From the NCBI RefSeq assembly GCF_009914755.1, contig NC_060928.1: a DNA stretch of 64,000 nt; one strand, 5' to 3'. Made by a program: the position numbers and the translations under genes. The stretch comes from the human T2T-CHM13v2.0 reference genome, Homo sapiens. How positions within the stretch are numbered: position 1 is the stretch's first letter; the number at the start of each line of letters is the position of its first letter. The notes beneath the pieces are model-generated. The model saw only the letters and a list, made by a program, of their open reading frames with translations. It was not told the origin of the DNA and ran no database searches. Below, one piece after another: positions 25,509 to 39,199 of this stretch.

Positions 25509-27749
25509 GAATCACGCAAAATGCCAAACAGTACCTGGAATATATAGTAACTCAGTAATCAGTAACTAGCATAATTATTGTCTAACATCAAGGCATAATG
25601 TTAGACACTGTGGATGCAAAGAAAACGACAATGTATGCACTTGGTTCATGAAAACAGAAAAACCTCCATGCCACATTATCAGAGAGACAGAGAGGGAGGT
25701 AAGAGCTAAGTGTCAGGAGAGCTCAGAGGAAGGGGCTACTGATTCTGCTTGGGGTAATTGGAGAAGGCTTCTTAGAAGAGATGAAATCTGAGCTGAGTCT
25801 AGAAAAATGAGTGACATTGGTCTAGCAGACTAAGTATGAGTGGTATATTCAAAAGCTCCAAGGATGCAGGTGCATGGCAGGTGCCAGGAATGGTAGATTC
25901 TGGGCAGGTTTTGTCCTATGTGACACCAATGAGGAAAGAACAGACCTGAAGTGAGATCCAAGAGGAGCAACATGTTGGTGGCAGTGCTGGGGATAAACCC
26001 AGGATACCTGATGGCCAGTCCATCTACCTACTTCTGGGGTTCAGTAATCCTAAACCATGCCCGTGGGGGTAAGAGACAAGTGGGCATTGCCAAGTCTGAT
26101 GCCAAGACAGGAGAGGGGAGGAGGTTTCAGAAGGAATGAAGTTGACAACAGAGGGCTCGCAGTCAGCTCCTTGCAGAGACTCCCTGACCATCAATCCAAA
26201 GTGAACTGCTGCCCCTGCCTGCCAGTCACACTCTTTGGAAATTATATTGCTGGTTTGTTTTCTCCCAGCAGAATATAGATAGCTTCCATGGGAGTAAACG
26301 TCCTGCTTTTCTTGCTCGCCACTGAATCCTCAGCACTCTGCAAAGAGCACTGGCGGACAGGGTCTGGCAGGGTGGGGGTGGTTGGGGGTGTTAAAGGAGC
26401 CTGAGAGATTCTAAAAGCAGCTAATTGTTTTCTTGCTCCTTTCATTAGAGTCTGTTTATGCTTTTGATTGTGTTAGCCTAGATATGTTTTAATAGTTATG
26501 GGCCACCTTGATCTTTTTTTTTGAAAGAAAGCAGATATATAGTTTAAATATATGATAACTAATTATTTCATGACTCCTTTAGTGAAAAGCACTAGAAATC
26601 TTTATTGTGTGAGATAAAAATAAATGCATCAGTCAGCGCCTTCCAAAACAGTTCCACTTGCACTCCCTGAGCCCACCCTCAAATAGGTCCTATCCCTGCT
26701 AATTGAGTCCTGATCATGCTACTTGGAGGACACTCAAGTAACAATAATACAACTTCTATTCATAGAATTCCTCTAGTCCTCAGGCATCCTGGTCCTCAGC
26801 ACAGACCTCCTGTAAAGAACTTTCCGAGTTCAGTTTGGATAATTACGTTCTACGTGTCACCTCAACTCACCATACCTGCATCTTCTTAAATAATAGCTCT
26901 TTGGCCTAAAGACATTAGGTAAAGACATTCTTCCTTGTTTGGATTACTTTTTCTCCCCTTCTAAGTTAAAACCCATGTTGCCTGGCACTGAATTACATGG
27001 CTGCTCACATAGCTACCAGAAACTGCACATGGAAAAAAGTTATGAGCATTTTTGCGTAGTCAGAGGTGAACTGAATATCAGTTGAGAAGTAAAAGAGGTC
27101 ATCAGCTGGGCAAGTCCACCATCTGGTATTCAGTGTAGATCCGAGTATGAACTTGAGGCTGAATGGCCCTCGCCCCAGAGGACAGGTGGATTTCTGACAT
27201 CATTTACCACCAACCACACACGGCTTCCCCTCATTAGCCCCTTTCTTCTGCCTCCAAACTGCTGGGAAAATGTCCCTAGTCCTTCCAACCACCACTGTTT
27301 CACTTGTTAATGAACACCAGACAGGAAAAATTCAAAACAAGCTGGAAAGTCATGTGAAAATGCAGGCCACCATCATGGGCACCTGGAATCTGTCTTGGCT
27401 TGTCAGGGTGCGGCCAGGAGAGGCGTGATGTGCCTTCAAGGTAGAGTCTGCTCAGGTGACAAATGGTCCAATCCCAACCTAAGCAAGCACACTGACTTGG
27501 TTTACCAAAGATGCTGACATGTTCCTATGGCATGGATCACCTAGTGCTGAACAGGCATGAGACACACTGGCTAGTCTCTGCACAGTTCCAATTTCAGGGT
27601 GAGAGGGAGGCAGGGAAGAAGTGGACATTCTTCCACTTAATGTTAATGACTCTCCTTTAATGCCGATGTTTTTCCTATCGGTTTACAGAGTTAGTGTCTG
27701 TAAGAATCTGTGGCTGCATCTTTTTATCCTTCAAATCTCAACTCACAAA

Positions 27750-27975
27750 TTAATAGTAACATAATTACAGCCAACACTTACAGTGCCCTCACCAGAGACC
27801 ACATACTGTTTTACATGCTTCCTATTAACCCATTCAATCCTCATATCATCCCTATGAGGAGGGTCCTATTATACTCCCACTTTACTAATTAGAAATTAAG
27901 GCACAGAAAGATTAAGAACTTTCCAAAAGTCACACAGCTGGTAAGTGGAAGGGCTAGGATTTAAACTGAAGGCAG
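27750..27975 (-). mobile_element. MIR
   Basis: Reverse MIR core (cccactttactaattagaaattaaggcacagaaagattaagaactttcc). Confidence 0.75.
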
Positions 27976-28922
27976 AGAGAACTTTAATTGAAGTGTGCAC
28001 CTCAGGACTGTTAATAGGCCATGCACCCTGGTGGCTGATTATTTGGGGGGCAACTGTAACATGGGACGTAGGGAAAAGCATGGAAAATTAGAAGCAGGTT
28101 TTTCATAACCTTATATTCTTTATAGACCTATAAATGCCAGCTACTGAGTAACTGCCATGAGGAATACAAATGGCACAGGCTGGCAAGTGAGTCTGTCATA
28201 ACGGGGTTGGCATCTTCAGCCTGGAGTTGACAGGCAGGAGTGGTGAGCATCACACTGCCAGGCCTCTGTCCTGCTTTGTCATCAGGGCCATTTATCAGTG
28301 CTGCATGCCTCATAGGTCAGTGCATGGGGGAGGTGGTTGTGGTGGTCCCCACATGCCCAGGCTGGCTGTCTCACTGCCCCTCTTCCTCTCCAAAAATAAT
28401 TAGCTCCAAACACAGGCAGCAAGCATCGTAGAAGCAGAGGCCTAAAAGGATCTTGTCTAAGTGTGCGGGCACCTCCAGGTGATTTATTTCATCCTTTTCT
28501 AGAGAAAGCACCTTAGTCCAGGCACTCATATATTCATATTCATGGTCTAAACACATAGCATTTGAGGTGGGAAACAGGAGGCCAACTTACCCATCTCCCA
28601 CTGGGTGGGGAGGTACCCTTTCTCTCCTGTTAATAACAGCAGTCATAACAGTAACCACCTGAGCTATCATTTGTTCAGTTTTGTTCAGTGTTTTTTTTTT
28701 TTTTTTTTAATCACAAGGCATGGTACCAGGACTTATTTTATGAAAACTTCCCCCCACTGGTTGTATTAGGCCCATCTTATAGATGGGGAAAATGAGGCTC
28801 AAAGAGGTTAAGTAATTTATCCAAGCTGACAAAACATTAAAGCAAAAGAGCTGAAAGAGTAGCTCTGTCTGAGATCTTGTTGATTTAAGCCCTGTGTCTG
28901 TCAAGGTATCTGACACACTCTG

Positions 28923-28960
28923 ACACACACACACATGCGCGCACATGCACACACACACAC
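28923..28960 (+). repeat. Imperfect (CA)n
   Basis: Direct reading. Confidence 0.85.
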
Positions 28961-29115
28961 TCCTTAACAGGCGTCAGGCTATTCTGAGCACTCTACCCTT
29001 TATTCATTTAATCTTCACAACAACCTCATGAGATGGGCAGGATTATTATCCCCAGTTTGCAAATGCGGGAACTTAATACAAAGATTCACTTGCGCAGGTT
29101 TGCGCAGTTTGCATA

Positions 29116-29229
29116 TAGGGTGACCAACCATCTCAGATTGCCCAGGACTGACTGGATTCTTGAGACGTGGGATTTTTGGTTTAAAAACTGGTCAGTCCAA
29201 GGCAAACCGATGTGCTGGTGCTCACCCTA
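29116..29229. mobile_element. MER81-like hAT-Blackjack MITE inside a MIR
   Basis: TIRs tagggtgacc...ctcacccta, about 114 bp. Confidence 0.75.
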
Positions 29230-29700
29230 TAAGTGACAGAGACAGAATTTAAGTCAAGAGTTGTGAATGCTCATAACCATGACATACACTGCATCTTTTT
29301 CCTTTGTGGATGTTCTGTCCCCACGTTTAGTAGAAACAGAAGCTAGTTTTGGAGGAGCTTTGTGGTTTCAGGTACCTCCCAGTGTGCGCTCATCTGGTAC
29401 TAAGATGGGTGTCCAGAATGTCACCCCCAAACTGCTGCTGAAGGCACAGCCTCTCACAGCAACCCCTGCGGGTCCAAACCTTATGCAGTTGCAGGGCTTC
29501 CCAGGGACTGAAAGAACTGATTCCATTGTTTAGTTTAAGAAGACCTGAGCTGATAGCCTGGAGTGCCTGATAAATACCAGTGCTGCTCCCTGGAGTGACA
29601 ACTCAGAATTCCAAAGCCACAACCAGATGTGGAGTTGACAGTAGTTAATGAGGGATGGTCGAGGGCTTGGGCACAGTCCACATGCCAGGTCAATTCTTCA

Positions 29701-30240
<540 letters not shown>

Positions 30241-31099
30241 CCAAATTATTCTATTTACTTTTAAAACACTTGGAGACAACCAAAGTCTAGCTTTTGGTTT
30301 TTGGGAAACTGGGCTATGGATCAACGGTGCTTTCTATTTCAGGACTGACTAGGAAGTGTTTTTAGAATAACTGGAAAGGGTGGGTTTCATGGTGGTGAGG
30401 GTTTCTAGAAGTCAGAACTGACTGCCTAGTGAGGTTTTCTGATCAGTTTTGAAAGCAGCCTGGGTTTTCAGCTGCCTGTGATGAGCTCTTTTTGAGTCCT
30501 CGTGTTTTTGTGAAGTCTATGCAACCCCAGGGGCTCTGCAGAGGTTGTCAGAGCTTGATATCGAGATGGAGGTGTGGGGGAAGGTGAAAATCATTCCCAG
30601 ACATTTGAAAACATTTCCTCCGTTCCTCAAAGTGCATTCCATCGCATTCTCAGAATAACCAAGATATCTCCGAGTTTGCCCAAGCCCCTTCTGGGCTGGG
30701 TGTCACAGGCCCTCCTGGATATGCTGCATGACACTCAGTGGAAAATTGTGTTCTTCCTTGCTCGGGGTTTGGAAACGTGTCATGCAAAGATAGCTGGTTC
30801 CTCATACCAAATATTTTTACATGAAACAAAAATCCTATTTTTCCAGCCAGTTTCTGTATTTGCTAAATGAGCTTCCTCTTCCCTCCCAATATATTTAAAA
30901 GAAACAACCTTACTCCTTCTATAAAACATATTCCCAAAAATTGTGTTATGCAAACGAAGGGGGAAAGGAGGGGATGCTTTTCCTGTTTGCAGGAAATGCT
31001 ATTATATTAAAATATTTATTGGATAACTGAAAGCTCTTCTTCTTCTATCACCCTTGGGCCAGGCTTACTCTTTGGTTCCTGCTCTGCTGGATTCCTCTG

Positions 31100-31355
31100 A
31101 CCCCAGGCTGGAGTGCAGTGGCATCATCATAGCTTACCACAGCCTCAAACTCCTGGGCTCAAGGGATCCTCCCTCCTCAGCCTCCTGAGTAGCTAGGACT
31201 ACAGGTGTATACCACCACAACTGGCTAACTTTTTCATTAATTTTTTTTGTAGAGACTATGTTGCCCAGGCTGGTCTTGAATTTCTAGGCACAAGCAATCC
31301 TTCCATCTCGATCTCCCAACTAGCTAGACTACCAGCGAGAGCCACCACACCCAAC
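31100..31355 (-). mobile_element. Alu (J-type), tail missing
   Basis: Reverse Alu body. Confidence 0.85.
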
Positions 31356-32027
31356 TCTGCTCAGTTCTTTTTGTTTGGCAGACGAGGCTTCTTGGGCTAG
31401 ACAAGGCTTCTTGCAGTCAGACACATTGACAAACTGTCCCTCTTCACATCAAACCCATCTCTACCACAGGTCTTTGTCCAATCTGGCTTCCCACCTGGAG
31501 TGGCCACCACTCAAACAAATCCTACTCTTTTTTCCTAAGGCCTGCCTCTCATCTCACTTTCTCCACTGATGCTTCATAGTGATCTCTCCCCTCTCAATGC
31601 ATTTATTTATTCCACAAATACTGAAGTGATTACTAAAGTCTACTAAATGTAAGGCACCAGGCTTGGTGCTCCTATGACTCTATACCAGTTAGCAATCCAA
31701 CACAGAAATAAAGCAGACAGGCAAACAAGTCCAATATGTCTATACTTGCTTAGTGCTGGGACCTTAGGGTTTTATTACATATTGACACAGAGAGTTGCAT
31801 GGATGTTGGTTGAGCCTGTTTTACTAGACTGCAAACTTCCTAAGGCCATGTCTCCTGTCTTTTGTATCCTCCACTGTACATACAGGGTTGAAGACACAAC
31901 AGACATTCATGAAATACTTCTTTACTTTTATTAGGATCAAATAGGAATTGCTCTTTTTCTGATTTCAAAAGTAATTGAGGCTCAGAGAAGAAACTTTTTA
32001 GAATATGGAAAATAAAGAAAATATTAT

Positions 32028-32100
32028 CCAGCCTGGGCAACAGAGCAGGGCCCTGTCTCAAAAACACAAAACCAAAACCAAACCAAACCAAACCAAAACC
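32028..32100 (+). mobile_element. Alu 3' fragment with (AAACC)n tail
   Basis: ccagcctgggcaacagagcagggccctgtctcaaaaa. Confidence 0.8.
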
Positions 32101-32537
32101 CTGTAATTCCACCCCCAGAGAAAACTGCTGCTAATGTGTTTTATTTATTCTTTCAATCTTTTTTCTATGCATAGACACATATACTTCTGTATGTTTATGA
32201 TTTTTGTATTGATTCTGCTATCAATTATTAACATGCTTGTCCTCCTATCCAGTGGTTCTTAACCTTGGCTGAGCAACAGACCCATTTGGGAAGATTTTTA
32301 AAAATCTAGCTTATGAGATACCTCAGATCAATCAATCCCTGGCAGTGGGTCTGCTAAACATCAGATACAGACAAACAACTGCATAGATCTCCAACTAGAT
32401 TGAAGAACAGGACCCTCCAGAGAGCTTCCAAGAAGACACCAACCTAGGCATGGGTTTATGTTCCTGACAAAGAATAAGGATTGTTATGAAGAATGTTCTA
32501 TTTTGAATTGTGAAAATAATTATTTAAAGCTGTACAA

Positions 32538-32849
32538 TTTTTTTTGTTTGTTTGTTCTGAGACAAGGTATCACTCTGAAGACAAGGTCACCCAGGCTGAA
32601 GTAATATGGCATGGTCTCAGCTCACTGCAACCTCTGCCTCCCAGGTTCAGGTGATTCTCCTGCCTCAGCCTCCTGAGTAGTTGGGACTACAGGCGTGCAC
32701 CACCACGCCTGGCTTATTTTTGTATTTTTAGTAGAGATGAAGTTTTGCCATGTTGGCTAGGCTGGTCTTGAACTCCTGACCTCAAGTGATCTCCCTGCCT
32801 TGGCTTCCCAAAGTGCTAGGATTACATGCGTAAGCCACAGCACCTGGCC
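32538..32849 (-). mobile_element. Alu (S-type)
   Basis: Reverse Alu; TSD aagctgta. Confidence 0.93.
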
Positions 32850-34465
32850 TCAAGCTGTATGATTTTATATGATATGCACATCTCATGTGAAATCAGATAG
32901 TAGCCTATTAGTAGGAGACTAGGAGACTAGGGATTTTTCTGCTTCTTAGGTACATTTGGAAATACAGTTTTTGCATCTCCAAATGAAGACAGACCCAGAT
33001 GCATTGTAGAAATCACTCTGCTTTTAGGTAGTTTTAGACTTGAAACAATTAGTGGCCCTCTTTACTTTGCTAATTATCCTAAAATACTCAATGAAGCCTC
33101 CATTCACACTGTCCCACCATCCTCCTGCTTCCCCTGGCAGTGATAGAGGATTTGGTTATTTATAGTCATGGAATAAGTTGATTAGGATACTGAGAACTTA
33201 CATTCAGAAGACATCTTTCTTTTCTGTTCACTTAATTATAGTCTGGCTGGTCAGCCTAGTCTTAAATTGACCATCAATTTGATGACATAAAACTTACATT
33301 TTAGATAAGGGTCTTTGTTCTTCTGGAAAACCAGGAGATTTGGTTCATTGTTCTCTTACTGTTAATAGTATTAATATGTTTCGAGGAGATATGGTTTGAT
33401 AAGAAATAGTCCTACGGTTTAAATTATATATATATTTTTTCTCTTCTAAAATTATAGTGAAAGCTTTCACTAGACCTTGATGGCACTATGGTCATTATCT
33501 TGTCAAAACTGTGGTGGATTTGAAGAGCTAGTGATGAAGAATGGAGGTTTCCTGTCCTAGAAATAACCAAAGGCCCAGGCTTGGAGGTGGCAGAAAAAGT
33601 GGCACTTAAGGTAACAAATGTTTGTTGAGACCTGTACTACCATTTCACACATAGCATCTATCACTTTTAATACTCGCCTCCAAATCTGAGGACCAAGGTG
33701 GTACTCTCTCCATTTGACAGATAAGAAAATAGATTGAAAGAAGCTAAGTCACACACCCAAGTTCACGCAGCAAGAAGGCCCAGATGATTTTTCTTAAACT
33801 TTATTCAATTCTAACACAACCAGTAAAATGACAGATCAAGAAATGAAAAACAGGTCTGTAATGCTTTAAGCCTACGCTCTTTCTAGAACCACTCAATATT
33901 GTCTCCAGGGCTGACTCAATTCCTAGAAAGTGAATTGGGCTTCTGAAGAGACTACAAGTAAGGTTTAGGGGAAATAAACATAGTTGAGCCATTTGGGTCC
34001 TGCACAAAGATGCCCAGCTGAGGAATTGAAGGAACTGAGGAATTGAACATCCAGCTACTGCTCTGCTTTCCAAGAGGCATGCTAGCAGGAGATGCATCTG
34101 TCAAGAGGAAGGAACCCTTTCTTTGCAAAAAAAGCTCTGTCTGCTTGCCCAAAGGGGTGTTTTCTTCTGATTTCACATGATCTGGGGGTGCTTTCTTCTA
34201 ATGTACACAAGATCTTAGACTTCCCCTTGTGGAGGGAGTCTTAGAGCGTAAAGATGGGGATTTGTGGTTGATTTGGAAGCTTTCAGAAAGCTCTGTGTAT
34301 TGGACAAACAGTAGTGGTCTACATTGGATAGCCTTTTACAACCACAGGGCCTCACGTGTATCATGCTCCTCTTTCACTCTCATTTACAACTCCCCAAACT
34401 ACTCATGGTGGGCTATAATCCCCTTTCGTTACACATTAAAAAAAATTAACTAAAAGCTCTGGCCA

Positions 34466-34727
34466 GGCTGGGAGCAGTGGCTCACACACATCCCAGCACC
34501 TTGGGAGGGTGAGGAGGGCGGATCATTTGAGGTCAGGAGTTTGAGACCAGCCTGGCCAACAAGGTGAAACCTGGACTCTACTGAAAATACAGAAGTTAGC
34601 TGAGTGTGGTGGTGCATGCCTGTAATCCCAGCTACTTGGGAGGTTGAGGCAGGAGAATCGCTTGAACCTGGGAAATGAAGGTTACAGTGACAAGATCACA
34701 CTACTTCACTGCAGAGTGGGTGACAGC
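34466..34727 (+). mobile_element. Alu, tail missing
   Basis: Alu body without poly-A. Confidence 0.9.
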
Positions 34728-34899
34728 ATTCTGTGTGTATCTAGCTAACCAAACAGCTCAAAGATGCTTGGTTTCCTGCCTGGAATTCCAGCTCTATTTT
34801 GACCTCAGCAGAGCTTAGAAATATTTCTGTGCCTCAGTCGAAGTTCACTGGCCATCATCCCCCATAAAGAGAGAACTGTCAGGCCAGTGGATGAAAACA

Positions 34900-34938
34900 T
34901 TAATTGCAAAAACCACAATTACTTTTGCACCAACCTAG
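34900..34938 (+). mobile_element. Half MADE1 (single Hsmar1 TIR)
   Basis: gcaaaaaccacaattacttttgcaccaacctag matches one arm of the MADE1 palindrome. Confidence 0.85.
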
Positions 34939-37498
34939 TAACTTGAGGGTTCAAAACTGCTTACAGGCAGCCTCAGTTAGGGGAGGTTCTTCTTGGATCA
35001 ATGCTATGGTAGGCAATCCTGTTAATCTGTGGCCAAAACAGTATCTCCCTTTCAGGGAGGGCACTCTGAAGGCCAGGAAAGGGCTGTGTTGGGGTTGGTG
35101 TGGGGAGGCACTGGCAAGCTAGGCTGGGCTGGTTAAGATAATGAAATTCTTTGTGAGGTCAGTCACATCTTTAGGAAATACCATCCTATAATTTAATAAA
35201 ATGGGCAAAGAGGTAATTTGCAAATTGGACTCTGCAAATTTCTAGTATCTAATTACTATTTAATCAATAACTTGTTTATTGACATTCAATTTTTTAAAAT
35301 GCAAGCCATTGTGTGAAAGACTTTGCTTAAAGGAAAAGCATTACAGTATGTTTTGGGCACTTTCTAGAAAAGAAAAAAAATATTAAAAAAAGATAACATA
35401 CGCCACGTTCAGCAGGAAACCTCTTCCAATCAACAGTGATATGAACAAACAAAACCCCATCACTGGGCACGGCACACTGCTCCCTGAACACATTCCTGTG
35501 TCCATCCTCATGTTGATATCAGAAATTCAATTTGAGGAGCTTATGAATGTTGATGTAAAATGATGAGTACTGGTTATTAGTGAGACACAACAGCTACTTC
35601 TGAATCGTTTTCATAATCTTGAATTCTCATGTCTGAATTACCAACTGATCAAACCACCAAACCCTGGCACAAAATGGGGAAACCAACAAATGCAACTTAG
35701 TATCAGAATGCCTACTTTTTGGAAGAAATTTTAAAGCCCAATGAAAACCCTTGGCCAAGCAGCTGGTAAAGATAAAGTAAGAACTAAGGCACAGCTTTTC
35801 ACAATAACAGTGATGAGAGGCTTTTCCTTCCAGACCCCTGTGCTACTCTGGAAGTAAATAGCCCCTATCTCAATGCCTTTCCATGTAATCTAGTATCTGC
35901 TTGAAATTCTCTTTTTTCTGCTCAACAATACCCTATTCCATCTTTCTGCCTTCACAACCCAGCTTAAAGGCATCTTTTAAGAGCCTTTCCTTCAGGCTCA
36001 TGGTAAAATTACTCTCTTTTCTCTTGAACTTTTGTAACCTCTGGAACTTATCAGTTGTGAATTCCTTCGACCTCTTCTGTTATATTGTGAGGACCTTAAT
36101 GGTTGAAACTCTGTCTTAAAATCTTTGAATCTCCAGCAGCTGGCTCCACAGGAGGCTCACGATGTTTATAAAATTATAGAGCTAATTCTTCTTTGTAAGA
36201 GACACAATCATTATGCTAAAGCAATAGAAATGAAACACCTAAATGAAGGGTGAGGAATACATAAGAGGCTAAATATATGCTGGATCTAATAAGGTTTTAG
36301 ACTCTTCCCTGCCCCTAAAAAAAAAAAAAAAAAAAAAACTAGAAGAACAAAACCTGACCCAAGCTTGTGTGTATAAACATTAGTTACAACTGAAATATAC
36401 TATTGGGAACTAAAATATTCAGTTTTCTGTTCTCAGCACCAACATCAGTTTCTTCAATTCACATTTATAAACATATGAATTTCAATGAACAGATATTGTT
36501 TTATTTCTACATGTTCAGTGAACTAGCAGATTCAAGGTGTAAGCTATTTTTCTAAGACAAGGATTATTTATTCAGTATAACTGACTTTCTTCTATTTTAG
36601 GAATTTATATACTTAGATGTAGAGCACTTTCATAATGTGGTGTGATGCTCCCTATATGATGGCTTCAAAATCCTTCTGAGAGTGAGTTTGCATGAATTCC
36701 CCCACACCCATAATTAGTCTCTACGAGCCTGGTGCTGACTCCTGGTGCTGACTCTGTTATTAACAAAAGTTCTTAGCCCCAGGGCACTCCTTGGCTCCAC
36801 TGGTTCTGGAGGGCAGGCTCCAGCCTCCTTTCAAACACTGCATTCATGCATAGGAAATGCTTTGACTCTTCTGTACATTTCCAGTGTCTCTCTTTACATT
36901 CTTCAGCATTGTCACCTTTGCTCAGCAAAAGCCTGAACTTTGCACCCTCACTGGATTGGTGGTAAAGCTCATACTCACACATCCAAATTACAGGGTGGAG
37001 AGTGCAACAGTGAGCCTCAGCAGGGGAAAAGGGGCTACCAGGGCTGTCAGCTACTGGACTTCGTGAGGACAATGACTTTATGAAAGTTGCCTCCTCCCTG
37101 ACAGATTCAGTATCTTCTCCAACAAATAAGGGAAGAATTACAGGGATTCTAGTTCCATTACAAAGGCAAAATGCCACCAGCAATTAGGTGATGTTTATGG
37201 TCTAATAAAGTTTACTTTTTCTTCATTCACCCACAAACTAATATTTTTGAGCTTACTATGTGCCAGGTTAATATCTTCTAAGTTTATTTAATACTCAGAA
37301 TTCAGGATTGCCCATGTTTAAGTGTTTTCCAGTCTGTCTCCTAAAATTCTTTGTAATAACACGTGCAGGTTGTTGCCTAATCCTTTGTGTCCGCTCAGCG
37401 TATTTTCCCTTTGAAAACTGCTCTTTTGCCAGTTGGAAGAACTGTCAATCAATCATTGGGGGTCATCCAGAGATGACAGCCAAAATATTTAAGAAATA

Positions 37499-37959
37499 CA
37501 TAGTCCTCCCTTATCCATAGTTTTGCTTTCCGCAGTTTCAGTTACCTGTGGTCAACTGCAGCTTCAAACTATTAAGTAGAAAATTCCAGAAACAATTCAT
37601 AAGTTACAGTTCAATAGTAGCCATATGCTATGTCACAATGCTATGTCATAGCTATGTCATTCACTTCACTTCATCTCATGTGGGCATTTTATCACCTCAT
37701 ATTATCACATGTAGAAGGATGAGTACTGTACAATAAGACATTTTGAGATAGACCACGTATGCACAATTATTACAATATATTGCTATAATTATTGTATAGC
37801 ATTGTTAATCTCTTCCTGTGCCTAATTTATTAATTTAGCTTTATCACAGTTACGTACATGTAGGAGAAAACAGTGTATACAGGGTTCAATACTATGGTGG
37901 TTTCAGGTATCCACTGAGGGTCTTAGAACACATTCCCTGTGGATAAGGGGAGACTACTG
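37499..37959. mobile_element. MER2-family TcMar-Tigger element
   Basis: TIRs ca(g)tagtcctcccttatcc / ggataaggggagactactg, TA at both ends. Confidence 0.85.
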
Positions 37960-38029
37960 TATAGCCTAGACAGCAACTAGTGAGAACAGATAATTGACCA
38001 AAGCTGGCCTAAACAAACTGGGTAAGTTT

Positions 38030-38366
38030 ACCTACCCTGGCACCATCTCCCTGGAAGGTGGGGACTAGCTGGGAGAAGCATGTGATCAAACCTAGCCAAT
38101 CAGGACATCCATAGCCAAAGGTATTGGCTCTGGGATGGACATGTGACTCAAACATCAGCTCAATCAGAGTTGAGACCACACATGTCTGGTTGGTGGGAAG
38201 AGGCTACCCATAAAAAAAAGCCATCACAGAGGAAAGCAGAATAGCCCAATACAGAGAGAATGCATATTGATGTAGTTCCAAGATACAGGGGTGTCTGGAG
38301 TTTTCAGTTCATGAACCATTCTGGTCTTGCTGGCTTATTGGCAATTACAGCTTAAGAGTCCTGACC

Positions 38367-38370
<4 letters not shown>
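38030..38370 (+). mobile_element. Old MLT1-like MaLR LTR remnant
   Basis: gccaatcagga...attggctctgggatggacatgtgactcaa...aagagtcctgaccaaca. Confidence 0.55.

Positions 38371-38422
<52 letters not shown>
38369..38422 (+). repeat. (CA)27 microsatellite
   Basis: Direct reading. Confidence 0.98.
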
Positions 38423-38428
<6 letters not shown>

Positions 38429-39199
38429 TGCACACACAGAAAACAACACGAGAAAACTTAGAAAACCAAAACTTAGGCACTGAACTGACACAATCTAGGA
38501 GATAAGGGCACTGGAGCTGGAGCTGGACTGAGAAACACAATAGCTACCTTCCCCCAGGCATTAACTTCAGAGACAGGAGGACAGAATCTGCCTGGGAGCA
38601 GGCAGTGGGGACGGCAGCATAGTTGAGGAGACAAGGTACTTCTAATTTTCCCTAGTCCAGAGAACTAGAGGCCATTGCAACAGAAAAACTGGGTAACGTG
38701 GGTGCTGATTTTTAAGGCAACCAAGCTACTGCTTTACATTCACATATTTCTACATTCACATAAGACTGCGATGCCTTGGAAATGAGAACAAAAGTCTAGA
38801 AGAGAAGGGACATTGGTGGCACATTTCATCCTGGAAGAAACAGTCCACCCAGTAAAACATGAAGCTCTGTTGGCAGGGACAGATGCAGGGAGACCCTGGG
38901 AACAGAGCAAGCACGGCATCTGACAGCTCCATGTACATTGTGAGCTCCCAGAGTGTGAGAGAGTCAGGAGGAGGTGTACAAGCTACCACCATAGTAGGAC
39001 AGAGCCACATTGGAAAGAACTTATTACACAGTGCAGGTAAGGCTGGGCTGAACTTACTCAGCATCTGTGGGCCAGAGACAGCATTTGCCTGGTTCCTAAA
39101 TGCATGACAATCAGAGCCACAGGAAATGAACATACACCATCCAAGGGCAAACACAGTTCTCAAAAAGCTTCTCTATTCCAAGACATGTACAGAGAATAC

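Noticed and set aside
36728-36755. Short tandem duplications (cctggtgctgact x2; similar ones at 32912, 37625 and 49260)
   Set aside because: Ordinary slippage products expected at this density.
36773-37183. 136-aa minus-strand ORF in unique sequence with an internal gtgagt donor near 36978
   Set aside because: Non-ATG start and no recognisable domain. The donor is phase 1 and the phase-2 frame has a nearby TGA, so it cannot join the LNX1 frame.
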